Positions 1 through 13,803 are shown, counted from the stretch's first letter. The stretch is DNA of 64,000 nucleotides from Octopus vulgaris (GCA_951406725.2 OX597819.1:61132001-61196000); one strand, 5' to 3'. Notes: generated from the sequence alone by a model not told the origin. Made by a program: numbers and translations.

Positions 1-268
1 TGCTAAGCATTTCGCCCGTCGTGCTAACGTTTCTTATTTCTTTACTATCTACAAGGGGCTAAATACAGAGGGGACAAACAAAGTCAGACAAAGGGATTAA
101 GTCGATTACATCGACCCCAGTGCGTAACTGGTGCTTATTTAATCGACTCCGAAAAGATGAAAGGCAAAGTCGACCTCGGCGGAATTTGAACTCAGAACGT
201 AACGGCAGACGAAATACGGCTACGCATTTCGCCCGGCGTGCTAACGTTTCTGCCAGCTCCCCACCTTT
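1..268 (-). mobile_element. tRNA-derived SINE family A (Nin-like central domain); one copy joined to the head of a second
   Basis: Matches the recurrent window consensus GGCGGCGAGCTGGCAGAAACGTTAGCACG...GAGTTCAAATTCCGCCGAGGTCGACTTTGCCTTTCATCCTTTCGGGGTCGATAAATTAAGTACCAG, which has A-box and B-box-like motifs. Confidence 0.85.
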
Positions 269-299
269 GGTATTAAATTTATCGACTTCCAAAGGACGA

Positions 300-470
300 A
301 AGGCATTTCGTCAGTCTTTACGACCTGAGTTCAAATTCTGACGAGATCGACCTTTCCTTTCATCTTTTCGGGGTTGGTAAAATAAATACCAATTGAACAC
401 TGAAGTCAATGTAATTGACTTCACCCCTTTCCCGAAATTGCTGGCCTTGTGCCAAAATTTGAAACCAATA
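300..470 (+). mobile_element. SINE family A, diverged, alternative tail (GCTGGCCTTGTGCCAAAATTTGAAACC)
   Basis: B-box GAGTTCAAATTC followed by CCTTTCATCTTTTCGGGGTTGGTAAAATAAATACCA. Confidence 0.75.
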
Positions 471-551
471 TAATAATAATAATAATAAGTATGACGAAGT
501 AGCATTAGCATTACCTTTAATTCACATTTATATATAAATACAGTCTCAAGT

Positions 552-637
552 AGACCTACACGTGTTTCGACTGCATCGGTCAGTAACCGTTGCAGCTGCA
601 ACTATACAATGGCACCGTTGCAGTTTCTTCAGGCTCT
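552..637 (-). ncRNA. Degenerate minimal type I hammerhead ribozyme (PLE-type)
   Basis: Minus strand reads agagc CTGAAGA aactgcaacggt...accgatgcagtc GAAAC acgt GTA ggtct. Stem III is palindromic, stem I has one mismatch and stem II has an internal duplication. Confidence 0.6.
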
Positions 638-1089
638 TCACCGTAATACCCTTTGAGATTTAACTGGTTAACGTTTTATGTTATATAAACTTGTATGTAA
701 TCGATACGGTCAGCTACACGTGCTATATTTTCCAATAGAAGCGACTATAATGTATTAATTCATATTCCTCGTTGACTTCTAAACTTTGCTCGATGTCACA
801 ACTACACGCTCAAACCTATCAATGCCAGTTCAAGCCAAACGAATCGATATTTTCTTATTAATTTAATTATTGCCAAAGAATAAACAATAAATAGGATGGT
901 TAGGATTTGCAGGATCGAACACCGAAGATTTTAGTTGATAGGTAATTATGTTTAGAGGAATGATTGTTGTAAATTTTTTGAAATTATTTTAGCTAAATTT
1001 GTCTAATTTGCTTAATTGCCATTCATGGTAGTATCCTGATATTAGGCTTGTTTCAGGTTGCCCTTCTGTTTCAATGTCACTTTCGCTGT

Positions 1090-1296
1090 TGCACACAAAC
1101 ACACACACACAAATATATGCATACATATCTGTATGTATATATATATATACATACATACATAAGCATACATACACACATATATATATATAAATTTAAGCAC
1201 ACACATAAATATATGCATTCGTATATGTATGTATGAGTATATATTTATATATACATACATGTACATAAGCATACGTACACAGACATATACACACAC

Positions 1297-1339
<43 letters not shown>

Positions 1340-1560
1340 TGTGAGATGAACTTGGCACTCACTGGGCTATATAGCATTTCCGAATTTCCGGAATAACTAA
1401 TGTTACAAGACATTGAGTTTTTTCTTAGCATTATACGCACACTGCATCAAAACTATATTCATTTACACACACATACGCGCGCACACATACACACAAAACA
1501 AAACATGCACACACACATATATACACAGAATGAGAGAGAGAGAGAGAGAAAGAGAAACTG
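1090..1560. repeat. Compound (CA)n/(TA)n/(TG)n/(GA)n microsatellites
   Basis: Dinucleotide runs visible directly. Confidence 0.9.
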
Positions 1561-2307
1561 GGATTAAAAAAGAGATGTTCCTTCGCTGTGTCCTATTTAA
1601 TTTACACAGACATTGTTGTAACAGCACTAATTAATTTAATTAATTTAGAGTTTCTTATTCAGCACTTTCAGTGTGGAATACTTTGTGTTCAGTTCACTTA
1701 AGTTGTATATTTTGAAGCACATCTATCTATACATCTATACATTTAATTACATATATCGCTGACGAGTACGTCTCAAATACTTATAATTTTACATCTTAAA
1801 CAGTTAAGACCCTGAGAGGTTTTTAAACGGCTTCAGAAAGGCAACCGTTTTTGACCACAAATTTATTGCCTTTGTTTTATAGTTTCACCTCGCCCAGTTT
1901 TCTCCCTTGACTATTTCCGCAGCGGAAGATCTCACGTCAGAATGTGTTAAATATGGTTTTACACGCATAAATTTCGTTCAGTGTTGCTTCGTGCGACATT
2001 ATTCATACACACACACACACGTGTGTGTGTGTCTGTTGCTCATGAAACAGATATATTCTCAGTTATTTCATTTATTTGTACCCTGTGAAAGTATATGTAA
2101 ATGAAAATGCTGCAAATTTCTGCTTTGGTATAACAGAGAAACAAACAGCAGCGATACGGAATAATTACTTATGACAGTGTAAAATGAAACCAAAGAAAAT
2201 GCACAGGACGATCTCCACAATGAACATTCTACACAGTTAGGGATCCTGATCAAAGTAGAAACTAAAATTCTCTACTCTCACCACCACCACCACCACCACC
2301 AGTATAA

Positions 2308-2498
2308 GCACAGACATGGCTGTGCGGTTAAGAACCTCGCTTCTTTCGGGTTCAGTTCCACCGTGTCTTGAGTAAGTTTTTTCTGCTATAACCACATGCC
2401 GACCAATGCCTTGTGAGTGAATTTCATTGACGGAAACTGTGTGAATCCCGTCGTATCTATATATATGTGGGTGGGTGTATGTGTGTATTTGTGTGTGT

Positions 2499-2540
<42 letters not shown>

Positions 2541-2774
2541 ATGTCGTGTGAGTGTGTGCATGTCGTGTGTTTGTGTCTCCCACACCCCGCTTGTTTGTCT
2601 TGGGTTGTTTGCGTTCCCGTAAGTTAGCGGTTCGGCAAAAGAGTCTGATACAATAAATACCAGATATAAGATATAAGTACAGGGATCAATTTCTTGGCCT
2701 CAAATCGTTCAGGGTCGTACTCCAGGTTGGACGCAGTTCAATAACTGAAACAAGCAAACGATGAAGGATTAAAG
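2308..2774 (+). mobile_element. tRNA-derived SINE family B with internal microsatellite (diverged)
   Basis: Head TGGCTGTGCGGTTAAG...GGGTTCAGTTCC, then GCCTTGTGAGTG, internal (TG)n and tail ACTGAAACAAG. Confidence 0.8.
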
Positions 2775-2864
2775 AAGACATCCGTGATAAACGCGAACTA
2801 CAATATCATTTTTGATCCCTTCTTTAATCGCTTGCCTTCTTTTATACTCTGCCTTTACGTAATA

Positions 2865-3062
2865 AAGGCCAGCAATTTTTGATGGGAGGGAAAGTCGATT
2901 ACACCAACCTCCGTGCTCAACTGGTACTTATTTTATCTCTCCTGAAAGGAAGAAAAGCAAAATCGAGCTCGGTTGCATTTGAACTTAGAACATAAAGTAC
3001 CGGAAGCAATGTTGCTATGCATTTTGTCCGGCATAATAACAGTTCTGCCGAATCTCCGCCTT
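2865..3062 (-). mobile_element. SINE family A, diverged
   Basis: CTGGTACTTATTTTATC...GAAAGGAAGAAAAGCAAAATCGAGCTCGG. Confidence 0.7.
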
Positions 3063-4090
3063 CACTGCATATTGTTAATATGCTTTGTTCGTATAATGAG
3101 TTACCTCAAATCGAGTAGGTTCTTGTTTGCAAACTGCAGAAATAATAACATTTATAAGACATTACAATAGATAACATTCGGACATACTGACACATACAAA
3201 CATGCACATACACACATATTATGCTGAATTTAAAGTACAAAGAACCCAAGAATGAAAGTAAACCCCAATAATATAGTACGGATATAATTTGGCAAATGTC
3301 TTTCATATATGGACGTTGTAAATAACATAGCATCATTTTGATTTACGAAATATCTACAAAATGTAGATAGATTAATAGCAATGGTAGACGTATCATCAAT
3401 CTTCATGACAAGTATGTAGGGGAAATCCGTTGCGGAAAACAAGTTTAATAATCAAGAATAAACACTCAAACGATTACATGGAAATTGAGATAGTTAAATA
3501 GATAGATAGATATATAGATAGATTCAAAAATATATAAATAGATAGACTGATAGGTAGATACACAGACAGATTGATAAGTAGATAAATGTAAAGAGGGCAG
3601 CAGAGAGAGAGACAGACAAATCAAATAAAAACGATATTTATAATAATAAATCTACAATAGGCCACTGTGCAATTTACTAGAAAGGAAAACAAACGGAACA
3701 AATAATTCTATTAAACAACTGTTCATTAAATAAATATCTACAGCCACAAATGCATCAGAAACAAAAACATTGCATGCATAACTAATTATATCTACACAGC
3801 CATAACTATATTAAAGAACAGAAATAAAGTAAAATTCAATAACGCGAGAGTCCATGAAAAACCAATACAACACAAGGCAAAAATAAATAAATAAATGGAG
3901 AAACAGAGAAATAAATAAATAAATAGCTAGATAAATAAAACAAAAAACAACGGCCACTAATCTTTTCAAAATGGATTCTCTCGTGAGAATGTTATTTATA
4001 TACTGGTGAGGATAAGAGATGAGCTGTTGAAGAAACTGCGAAGCTCCAGACTAAATGTCTTATTGTATCTAATGATTCGATCCCTTTAGT

Positions 4091-4390
4091 GAAGGCGGCG
4101 TGTATTTAATGGTTAGTGTATTTGGCTCACGGTTTAGAGTTCGATTCCCGGCGGTGCTTTGTGTCCTTGGGTAAGACACTTTATTTTGCGTTGCTCCCAT
4201 TCACTCAGCTGGCAAAAATTAGCTGTAGCTGTATTTCAAATGATTAACCTTGTCACATTCTGTGTGTTACACTCGATCACTCTGAGAACTAAGTTAAAGT
4301 ACGTGTGTCTGTGGAGTACTCAACCACTTGCACATTAACTTTACGAGGAGGCTGTTCTGTTGATTGGATCAACTGGAGCACTCGTCGTCG
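4091..4390 (+). mobile_element. tRNA-derived SINE family C (V/CORE-like GTGTCCTTGGGTAAGACACTT body)
   Basis: B-box GAGTTCGATTCC; the tail GAGGCTGTTCTGTTGATTGGATCAACTGGAGCACTCGTCGTCG is shared with 53228-53415. Confidence 0.75.
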
Positions 4391-5027
4391 AGAGAAGAAA
4401 AGGACTGGACATAGTGGTTAGAGCGGAGCTGAGGGGTGATGGACACAACAAAGATAATGAGAGGTGGAGAGACGTGTGGGTTGGAGGAGTCGGAGGGGAG
4501 GTACAAGACCATTTATCTCTGTGGATTGTCTCGTGTATCTTCTCAATAGTGATAGAAAAGATTCAAAGAGGCTCCATGTTGGTCAGCGGCTGAAGCACGT
4601 CTTTTACAATAGCATAGTTAGAGTGTGTGCCACAGAACGCAACCCTTTAGTTTACCTCTCTCCCGGGGTCCCCAAGCGTATACAGGCTCGTATAGTAAAC
4701 CCAAAAGTGTCACCTCCATAAAAATGTCGCTCAGTGCAGACTGCTCCTCGCCTTCACCCTACTGCAAACATTCTGTTAGGGACTGAATGTCTATCAGTCG
4801 AGCGACCCCGCCCATGAAGCAGTCCAGCATATGTGTCTATAACATACCTATCCTAAAATCTATTATCTTATGGGACTGGGAGTTTACTTATCGGCAAGAA
4901 ATGGCGAGACTGACCTCGACAGAAACTGAAATCAAAACTCAGAGATCCAGATAGCAAAGTAATTTCTCTCCGACGCTTTGACGATTTTTCCTGTTCACAC
5001 ACACACACACACACACACACACAGCTT

Positions 5028-5066
<39 letters not shown>

Positions 5067-6214
5067 TTGTGTTTGTGCGTGTGAAAGTATGTATGTGCAT
5101 GTGTCAGTGTAAAACGACAGAAAAGAAGAGAGTGCAAGAAGACGAGAAGGGGAAAGAAAGTATGAGAGTAAAAAAGGAAAGAAAGAAGGATAGGTAGGGA
5201 AAGTAAATAATTGTATAAGTAGATAAATAGTTAATGTGATAACCAACAAGCATTATCAAATAAAAGCAAATAAATAAATAAATATACATCAAAGATGCAG
5301 CCTTAGATCTTGGCACTTCCGCTTTCAGCAGCTGACATCTTAGAAATCACCGTTACAACATAAATTTTCCAAAGATAACGCGATCCTTCTTTGATGATAT
5401 AACGAAATCTTATTCCATTTGGCTATATATTCTCAATTTACTTCAATTGATGTCTTAGTTCCAGCGAGAATATTGTGGATTTCCTGTCGATGGATTACTA
5501 TTGGTTTTCAATGAAATACAAGCCTTCCGGTTTTAGTTAGAATTTAACCCCAGAATCAAGATGAATTCATATGTAACTATTCCAGTATAATTATCTTTGA
5601 TATGTAATGTTTGATTGTGAAGTCTGTGTGATGTGTGTATTTATCTTTCATCTTTGTCGTGAAGTACTACCGCTTTCACAGTGATTTTACTTGACAAAAA
5701 GAAGCAGGTGCTGCAACCAGAGGCAGTAAATTACACACACATAAAGATACACACACATCTATATGTACATATGTTAAATGGAAATAAGGATCAGGTAGCA
5801 TGAACGGTTAATAGTTGAACTACTGTCAAATATCATTTATGGTCTTTCGTTTTTCGTCACGGTCGATGTCAGTAAAAAAAATTAATCCTACAACACACTG
5901 ATGGCCATAAAGTTGTCCATATCACTCTCAAGAAAACTGGTTGTATGCTAAAAAAATTAAACTATATCGAATTAGTCGGCTATTTACAAGACGTAACACC
6001 ATCTCTAAGTAAATGTATTCTACAACCCGGTTTCTTTTCTTGGTTGTTATTTCAGTTCATAGACAACATTAATGTCTTTATCAAAAGAAATATTTAATTA
6101 ATCTTATTTATCGTTAACTTAAAAAGATAAGGATTTTGTAACTGGTAAAAGCTATCAGTTACTAATCTAGAATGGCAGAAATGATAGATGTATTGTATTA
6201 GAACTCGCCTTTAT

Positions 6215-6578
6215 CACTTCTTTTACTTGTTTCAGTTACTGGACTGTGGCCATGCTGGGGCTCCGCTTTGAAGTGCTTAGTCAAACTAATGAACTTCGGT
6301 ACTTATTTTCAAAGTCTGGTACTCATTCTGTTGGTCTCTTTTACTGAACCACTGAGTTACGGGGGATGTAAACGTGTGTGTATGTGCGCGGAGAGAGAGA
6401 GAGAAAGAGAGACGGCGGGCCTACACGTCGTTTCCTCTTTACCAAATTCACTCACAAGATATTGGTCGACCTGGTGCAATACTAGAAGACATTTGCCCAA
6501 GGTGTCGTGCAGTTGATCAGAACCCGAAAACGCGTGGTTGCAAGAGAGCGTCTTAACCACACAGCTATGCATGCGCCT
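6215..6578 (-). mobile_element. SINE family B, diverged
   Basis: TTTTACTTGTTTCAGT...GGCCATGCTGG tail and TTGCCCAAGGTG...ACCACACAGC head. Confidence 0.8.
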
Positions 6579-6877
6579 GGTCTGTTAAACTATATAATTT
6601 ACTTTAATCATGCCTATTTAGATTTCTGAATCATAATCTCATTTAAGTAGATTTAATCTTTCAGCGTCCCAGGATCGATAAATTAGCGCCAATAATAGAC
6701 TTCGCTTGTTTCAGTTAACTGCGATACTCACTAACCAAAAAAAAAAAATAATAAAAGCTCATTGATCCTAGTTGTAAAATATCAAAGATATTAATTTGAA
6801 TATTGTTTTGTTTCGCTTTTAGTTATTAGTAGAATAAAGCGTGTGTTGACCAGCATATTACTAGAAACAACCTGGAA

Positions 6878-7075
6878 AGCGGCGAGTTGGCATAATCGTT
6901 AGCACACCGAGTGAGATGCTTAGCGGTATTTCGTCTGCTGCTGCTGCCTTCTGAGTTCGAATTCCGCCGAGGTCGACGTTGCCTTTCATCTTTTTGGGAT
7001 GGATAAATTAAGTATCAGTGAAATACTGGGGTCGATGTAATCGAGTAGTCCCTTACCCCTAAATTTCAGGTCTTG
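6878..7075 (+). mobile_element. SINE family A
   Basis: GCGGCGAGTTGGCATAATCGTTAGCAC...GAGTTCGAATTCCGCCGAGGTCGAC. Confidence 0.85.
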
Positions 7076-7189
7076 ACTGTCAAATCTAGAGAGTCTACTA
7101 GTGTAGATGCAAGCGCTAATATATGGTTTATAAAAACATGTGACATATTAATAAAAATCTGTAAATGTACAACCATCCAGATTTTTGAG

Positions 7190-7600
7190 TACTCTTTACT
7201 CTTTTTACTCTCTTTTACTTGTTTCAGTCATTTGACTGCGGCCATGCTGGAGCACCACCTTTAGTCGAGCAAATCGACCCCAGGACTTATTCTTTGTAAG
7301 CCTAGTACTTATTCTATTGGTCTCTTTTGCCGAACTGCTAAGTTACGGGGACGTAAACACACCAGTATCGGTTGTCAAGCAATGCTAGGGGGACAAACAC
7401 AGACACACAAACACACACCTATATATATACATATATACGACGGGCTTCTTTCAGTTTCCGTCTACCAAATCCACTCACAAGGCATTAGTCGGCCCGGGGC
7501 TATAGCAGAAGACACTTGCCCAAGATGCCACGCAGTGGGATTGAACCCGGAACCATGTGGTTGGTAAACAAGCTACTTACCACACAGCCACTCCTGCGCC
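7190..7600 (-). mobile_element. SINE family B, near-consensus full-length copy
   Basis: Highly similar to 13160-13576 and 25521-25910; has tRNA-like head, internal (TA)/(CA) tract and (GAGTAAA)-like tail. Confidence 0.9.
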
Positions 7601-7647
7601 TATTTCTTCTAATATATAATACCTGTACATCATCTCCAAACCTTCTA

Positions 7648-7702
<55 letters not shown>

Positions 7703-8222
7703 GGAATTCCTACAGGTAAAAATAGTTTATTCCTGATATAGTCAATTTACCATAGCCAAAAAATGGTCACATGTCGAAAAAGAATATACGGAAGTTTTCA
7801 TCAGCATTAAAACTACACAAACAGAAGCAAACTTTCTTGATTTTGGATGTTTCATACGTATGATACTTACGGCACAGAAACATCTCACTTTTCGCACGTT
7901 CATAGATGAATATATGTCTCATGTTCGGCGTTTAACACTTGGGTAGCTGATTGTACCACGCATTTACTGAAGGTTTATTGGCAGCCAATCAAACTTCGAT
8001 GACTATTTTTTCTGTATTTATGAATATTTATGAATATTTTTTTCTCCGTATACATTGTCATAGAGCATCACATTTTCAATCGTTTGAATAATAGCCAAAC
8101 GGAAGCACAGAGTGACAATTCAAGAAAAACCCGGTTCTGATAAAATGTCTTTCTTTCTTTCTTTCTTTCCCATACATAAACAGAAAAATAGATAGACTGA
8201 TGAACACGCATATAGATATAAT

Positions 8223-8255
8223 TATAAATGTATGCATGTATGTATATTCATATGG

Positions 8256-8303
<48 letters not shown>

Positions 8304-8420
8304 GTATGTATATTCATATGGAAATTAAAATATATATATATATATATAAATGTATGCATGTATGTATATTCATTTGGAAATTAAAATATATATATATATG
8401 TGTATATATATATATATATA
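8223..8420. repeat. Three copies of TGTATGTATATTCATWTGGAAATTAAAA, each followed by (TA)n
   Basis: Direct repeats visible. Confidence 0.8.
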
Positions 8421-9109
8421 CACATTTGTATATACATTTATACATACATGCTCATATATACATGCAAATGTATATGCATATACACGTGCTTATATATATG
8501 TACATACACACTTCTCTCTCTCTTTCTCTTTACTTACACAAACAAATGTGTGTGTATGCATGTGTGAACAATGTGTGTATGTGGTGTGTTTGCGTGTCTT
8601 TCTGTCTGTCTGTCCATCTGTGTACACATATTTATATTTATTTATGCATATATGTGAAACTTGAGTACCAATGCCGTCTCACTAAACTTTCTCGACTATT
8701 AGCAGTGATTAATTGATTTCCTGTCAGATCAATAACCTATCAATCTGTTGTAGCTCTTCCCTTCTTCCTTCGTCTACCCGCATTTTACTTCACCTCCTCC
8801 ACTGCCTTTCTCCTATCTCTATCTTATCTCCACGTCTTTCTTATCTTCTTCAGCTGTCTTCTTACCAAAATATATAGCATAAAAATTAGCAAATAGAATG
8901 AAATAAAATACAAGAAAATAGAAAATAAAGAACAAAGAAAAATAAGCATAGCATTTTACACATTTATTTGTTATTAATTATCTACCTGACCATGGTGATT
9001 TGCCATAGGGTCAGTGTGCCAGGCTGGTATCGAACTTGGGTCATTAATCACTCGCTTAGGCCTATTTCCCGCAATCACCCAATCTCTATCTTGTATTTCA
9101 AGCCAATAA

Positions 9110-10061
9110 GAAGAAATGAGAAGACGTAAAAGGAGGAGGGGGAGTGAGGGTGGGAGGAGGAGGAAGAGGCAGGCTGTGGTGGTAGCGGGTGGGGTGTACG
9201 GAGGTGTAATTGCTGATCAATTGTTGGCGTATATTGTATTAATTGTCATTGAGTGTTTTGATAAATTAGTTGAAAGAGAGTAATTGAGGGAGAGAGAGAG
9301 ACAGAGGGAGAGAGAGAGACAGAGGGAGGGGGAGAGAAAGAAAGACTGGAGGAAAGACTGAAAGAGAGAGAGAGAGAGTGAATGTGTGTGTGTGAGAGAG
9401 AGAGAGTGAATGTGTGTGAGAGAGAGAGAGTGAATGTGTGTGTGAGAGAGAGAGAGTGAATGTGTGTGTATGTGAGAGAGAGAGAGAAGGGGAGAGAAAG
9501 ATTGAGAGAGAAAGAGAGAGATAGAGAGAAAAATGAAGAAAAAATTGAGAGAGACAGAGAGAAAGGGAGAAAGAGAGAGGGAGAGAAACAGAAAGACTGG
9601 GAAAAAGATGAGAGAGAAAGATTGGAGGAAAGACTGAAAGAGAGTGAATGTGTGTGAGTGAGAGAGAGGGCGAGAGAGAAAGAAATACAAGGGGAGAGAA
9701 AGAAAGACAAGGGGAGAGAAAGAAAGACAAGGGGAGAGAAAGATTGAGAGAGAAAGACAGCGAAAAATTATTAATTGATTGAGAGGCTGAAGGAAAGTTT
9801 AGAAGAGAAACACTCAGGGAGAGAGGGGGAGCGAGAGAGAGAGAGAGAGATAAGGAAAGACTAAGAGAGTTTGAGTGAGACGTGGGATATTGATAGAACT
9901 GACTTAAGTGAATAAGACTTAAAGAAGGTGATTGTGAAGGGGAGAAGGAAAAGGGAAGGAAAAAGGTAGGCGAGAGGGAGAAGAGAGGAGGAGCGAGGGA
10001 GAGAGGGTTACATGAGACTCAAATAGATTGACAAATGTAATAAGATACACATACACACACA

Positions 10062-10106
<45 letters not shown>

Positions 10107-10660
10107 GAGCATAGAAAAAAAGAGTGGAAGGCAGAGTTGTGTCTGTGAAGGAGTGAAAATGATATAAAGGTAAACGAAGGGAGAAAACAATTACTAAGAG
10201 ACCTATAAAAGGAGGGAAAGAGAGAGGGGGAAGAGAGGGAACTAGAAAGAGAGAGAGAGAACTAGAGAGAGGCAGAGACAGAGAGTGACGAAGACTGAGA
10301 GAAAGAGAGGGAGAGAGATATGAGAAAATGAACACAGGAGAATGAAAGAGAGGGAGAGAGTGTGTGTGGAGAGTAGAAGGAAAAAGAGAAAGGTTTTGGC
10401 AAATATATGAAGATGGAAGGATGTGAGTGATAGAAGAATTTAAGAGGAGATAACGGTAAAGAAGGAACAAGGAAATCGTAACGATAAAAGATAGAAATTG
10501 ATATTAGTCGGAATAGAATGGGAAGGACATAAAATGGAATGAGAATGGTCGAAAGAATAAAGGATGGTTCTATGAGTGGGAGATATGATGTGGGGTGAGG
10601 TGGGGGAGCTGGCATAAGAGTAAATGTGCCAAAGAATTAAAGAAAGTAAAGAATATCCGA
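9110..10660. repeat. About 1.5 kb purine-rich (GA) low-complexity tract with minisatellite subunits
   Basis: GAGAGAGTGAATGTGTGTG units and three AAGGGGAGAGAAAGA units; strong purine strand bias. Confidence 0.85.
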
Positions 10661-10857
10661 TTGCAGAAGACTAGATATTTTTTCCCTTCAAATCTGCCAT
10701 GCGAAGCTTTTAGAAATTAAAAATAAAATATGACAAGATTTTTTCCCCCCCGTTTCTGGTATTGGCAAACTAAACTACTGACCTTTGACCCTTGACCTCG
10801 AAGCTAGCTGGGACATGGTTAAATCGTCGCCCCCCTCCCCCGAAAAGCGGTTTGTAA

Positions 10858-11065
10858 AGGCGTGTAGTCTTGTGGTTAGTTTGATGCACTCACGATCGCA
10901 AGAGCGTGGTTTCGGTTCCTGCACCAGGCAGTGCGTTGTGTTCCTGAGCACTCAGCTGTGAATGAATAGCCCTGCGAGAGACTAGCGTCCCGTTCAGGGG
11001 GGATGTGTTTTCTGTCACGTATATTCTATGGAAACCAGATAACTGGCCCTGTGACTTCGAGAACT
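10858..11065 (+). mobile_element. tRNA-derived SINE (V/CORE-like body, GACTAGCGTCCCGTTCAGGGG tail)
   Basis: GTGGTTAG A-box-like and CGGTTCC B-box-like motifs, body GTGTTCCTGAGCA; tail resembles 48281-48555 and 51530-51640. Confidence 0.65.
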
Positions 11066-11109
11066 CGAGACAATAGTGTCCAGTGGTTTGATGGTGATAA
11101 TGTATTTCT

Positions 11110-11610
11110 TCTGGCTCATTGCGTTCTGAGTTCAAATTCCGCCGAGGTCATATTTGCCTTTCACCCTTTCAAGATCGATAAGTAAAGTACCAGTTAAGTA
11201 CCAGGGTCGTTATCAATCGACTAACCTCCATACTTTAAAACAAATTGACCGAATCTTTAATGTATTGGACAAAATCATTAACGGTATTTCTTTCATTTCC
11301 TTACGTTCTGGGTTCAAATTCCCCGGAAGTCAACTTTGCTTTTCATCCATTTGGACTTTATAAATACGTACCAGCTGAGCACTGGAGTCAATGTAATCGA
11401 CTTAATCCTTTCTCTAAAACTGCCGGACTTGTGCCAAAATTTGAAACTGTTATTTTTATTATTAGGGCGGTAGACTGGCATAACTGTTAAGATCTCGGAA
11501 AAAATGACGCGGTATTTTGACTCTTTACGTTCTGAGTTCAAATCCCGCAAAGGCCAACTTTGCATTTTATCCTCAAAATTGCTGCCATTGTACCTAAATA
11601 AGAAACCGTT
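11110..11610 (+). mobile_element. Three stacked diverged SINE family A copies
   Basis: Three CGTTCTGRGTTCAAAT B-box segments at about 11122, 11305 and 11528. Confidence 0.75.
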
Positions 11611-13159
11611 GTTGTTGTTGTTGTTGTTTCCTAAAGAGTCAAATTGTTGAAGGTATCGCCAGGACTGAACGTCTGGTGATCTTGCTGATTCTAGAACGTA
11701 TTGGATGAACCAATTCCAGCTCTACACGAGCATTTGAAATCGGCTACCTAAGACCTCAGTAATTATTCTGAGAGAAGAATTTAAGAAAAGATAGTTGTAA
11801 AAGAAGAACAACGAAATGGTCAAGATGGAAATTGATACTGTTGATAGTGTGCGCCAATAATTTGGCCATAAACACAACACAAGCTCCTGGTGATAAAATA
11901 CGAAGTATTAACCTCTGAACCTTTCGTTTGTTATTCTACCATCTCGAACTCTCTCCGTAGTTTCATATGCTTACAAGAAGTTTAACGTTCTAATGATGAT
12001 GTGTTCTGAATTAAACTTATTGCCTTTCGAAGCGATTTTGTCAGCAAAACAGCAGCAGCAGCAGCAGTAGTAGTAATAGTAGTGTGTTTTTAGATTGGCA
12101 TAGACAAGTAACTGAATGGAAATTGATCGAATTTTAATTAAGTTTTGAGAAAATCATATTATATTCAATTAAATTATGTCCTTTGATTACTGGTTTTATT
12201 TCTATGACGGATTCGTAACCTTGAAATTCCAATATAGAAATATTTGGAACCTGGGTGAATCTATTGATTCTCAATTTACACTAAGTTACAATGTATATCG
12301 TATGAATATAATAAACGATTTCATATCGTGTTTATATACTACACCCCTATAACATGCAGTCTATCGGTTTCTGAGTATTACGTCCTTGCAGATTATTGAT
12401 TCGGTTTTAGCTTTTGTTAATCATCCTAGTTTAGTTCAGTCTAGTATATCATTCCAGAACTTTAGATTTGGCTTTAGATCCCGGGAATGTGAGTGATTAG
12501 ATTAAATGTGTTCTGTCTTACATAAATGGTTTCCAATATTAAATATATTTTGTATTATATGAATTATTGCTTACATTTAATGTACCAACATGTTACATAT
12601 GTTAGGTAATTCTTTAGATTGAATGTGACCTAAGTTGCACAATTCATGTGCAATCGAGTTGGATGAGCACAGCAAGGTTCTTATAGAAATTAAATACTTT
12701 ACTGCACAAAACATTTGTAGCATCTTCACATCTCTTTCATAGAAATATTTTGAAAAGTTCTAACCTGCCAAAGATCTAACGAGAAACTGAATTAAATTCC
12801 TAAAATAATGGAATGTAAAACTTTTAATCATAAGTTGAGTCAAAGTGTTAAGTGAAATTTATGTTTAAGTACTCTAGATATAAGATATGTATACATTGAT
12901 TTACATCCGGAATAAAGTGTGAGTATTATTTGAAATGTAGATTCTACGCATATACAAAAATACTCAAGGATCCAAAAGCATGTTCCGCATGTGCCAACTA
13001 ATAAGTGGAACAGTATGAAACGTTGTCGTTTGTAAGAGTCTTACGGTTGGTTACTTTTTATAAGATTCAAATCCAGTGTTTATTTATTAGCACTAATTAA
13101 CAACTATTGACCAAATGGTTCGGAAACTACAATAATAGTGTTTCGTTCTTTTCTTTTTT

Positions 13160-13374
13160 GTTTTTTTTATTCTTTTAATTGTTTCAGTCATTTGACTGCG
13201 GCCATGCTGGAGCACCGCCTTTAGTCGAGCAAATCGACCCCAGGACTTATTCTTTGTAAGCCTAGTACTTATTCTATCGGTCTCTCTTGCCGAACCGCTA
13301 AGTTACGGGGACGTAAACACACCAGCATCGGTTGTCAAGCGATGTTGGGGGAACAAACACAGACACACAAATAT

Positions 13375-13416
<42 letters not shown>

Positions 13417-13576
13417 CGACGGGCTTCTTTCAATTTACGTCTACCAAATCAACTCACAAGGCTTTGGTCGGCCCGAGGCTATAGAAGACACTTGCCCAAG
13501 GTGCCACGCAGTGGGACTGAACCTGGAACCATGTGGTTGGTAAGCAAGCTACTTACCACACAACCACTCCTGCGCC
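13160..13576 (-). mobile_element. SINE family B, full-length
   Basis: Near-identical to 7190-7600. Confidence 0.9.
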
Positions 13577-13599
13577 TAAATTTTACATAAAAAATTTTT

Positions 13600-13803
13600 C
13601 GACTATGAACACAAGGCCTGAAATTTTGAGGGTAGGAGAAATTGATTACATCGACTCCAGTGCTCAACTGGTACTTATTTTATCGACTCTGAGAGGATGA
13701 AAAGCAACGTAAACATCGGATAAATTTGAATCCAGACGTAAACCAGGGAGAAACGTCACTAAGTATTTGGTCCAGCTCGTTAACGATTCTGTCGGATCGC
13801 CTT
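13600..13803 (-). mobile_element. SINE family A immediately upstream of the family B head
   Basis: CTGGTACTTATTTTATCGAC...GGATGAAAAGC; TSD-like TAAATTTTACAT / TAAATTTCGCAT. Confidence 0.75.

Noticed and set aside
59-341. Recurrent short ORFs such as MRNWYLIYRPRKDERQSRPRRNLNS and KVPRSGTEPGTMWL
   Set aside because: They recur because they are frames through SINE families A and B, not a protein family.
1757-1785. CTGACGA hammerhead-like start (also CTGATGA on the minus strand near 7800)
   Set aside because: No downstream GAAA or stem II/III pairing.
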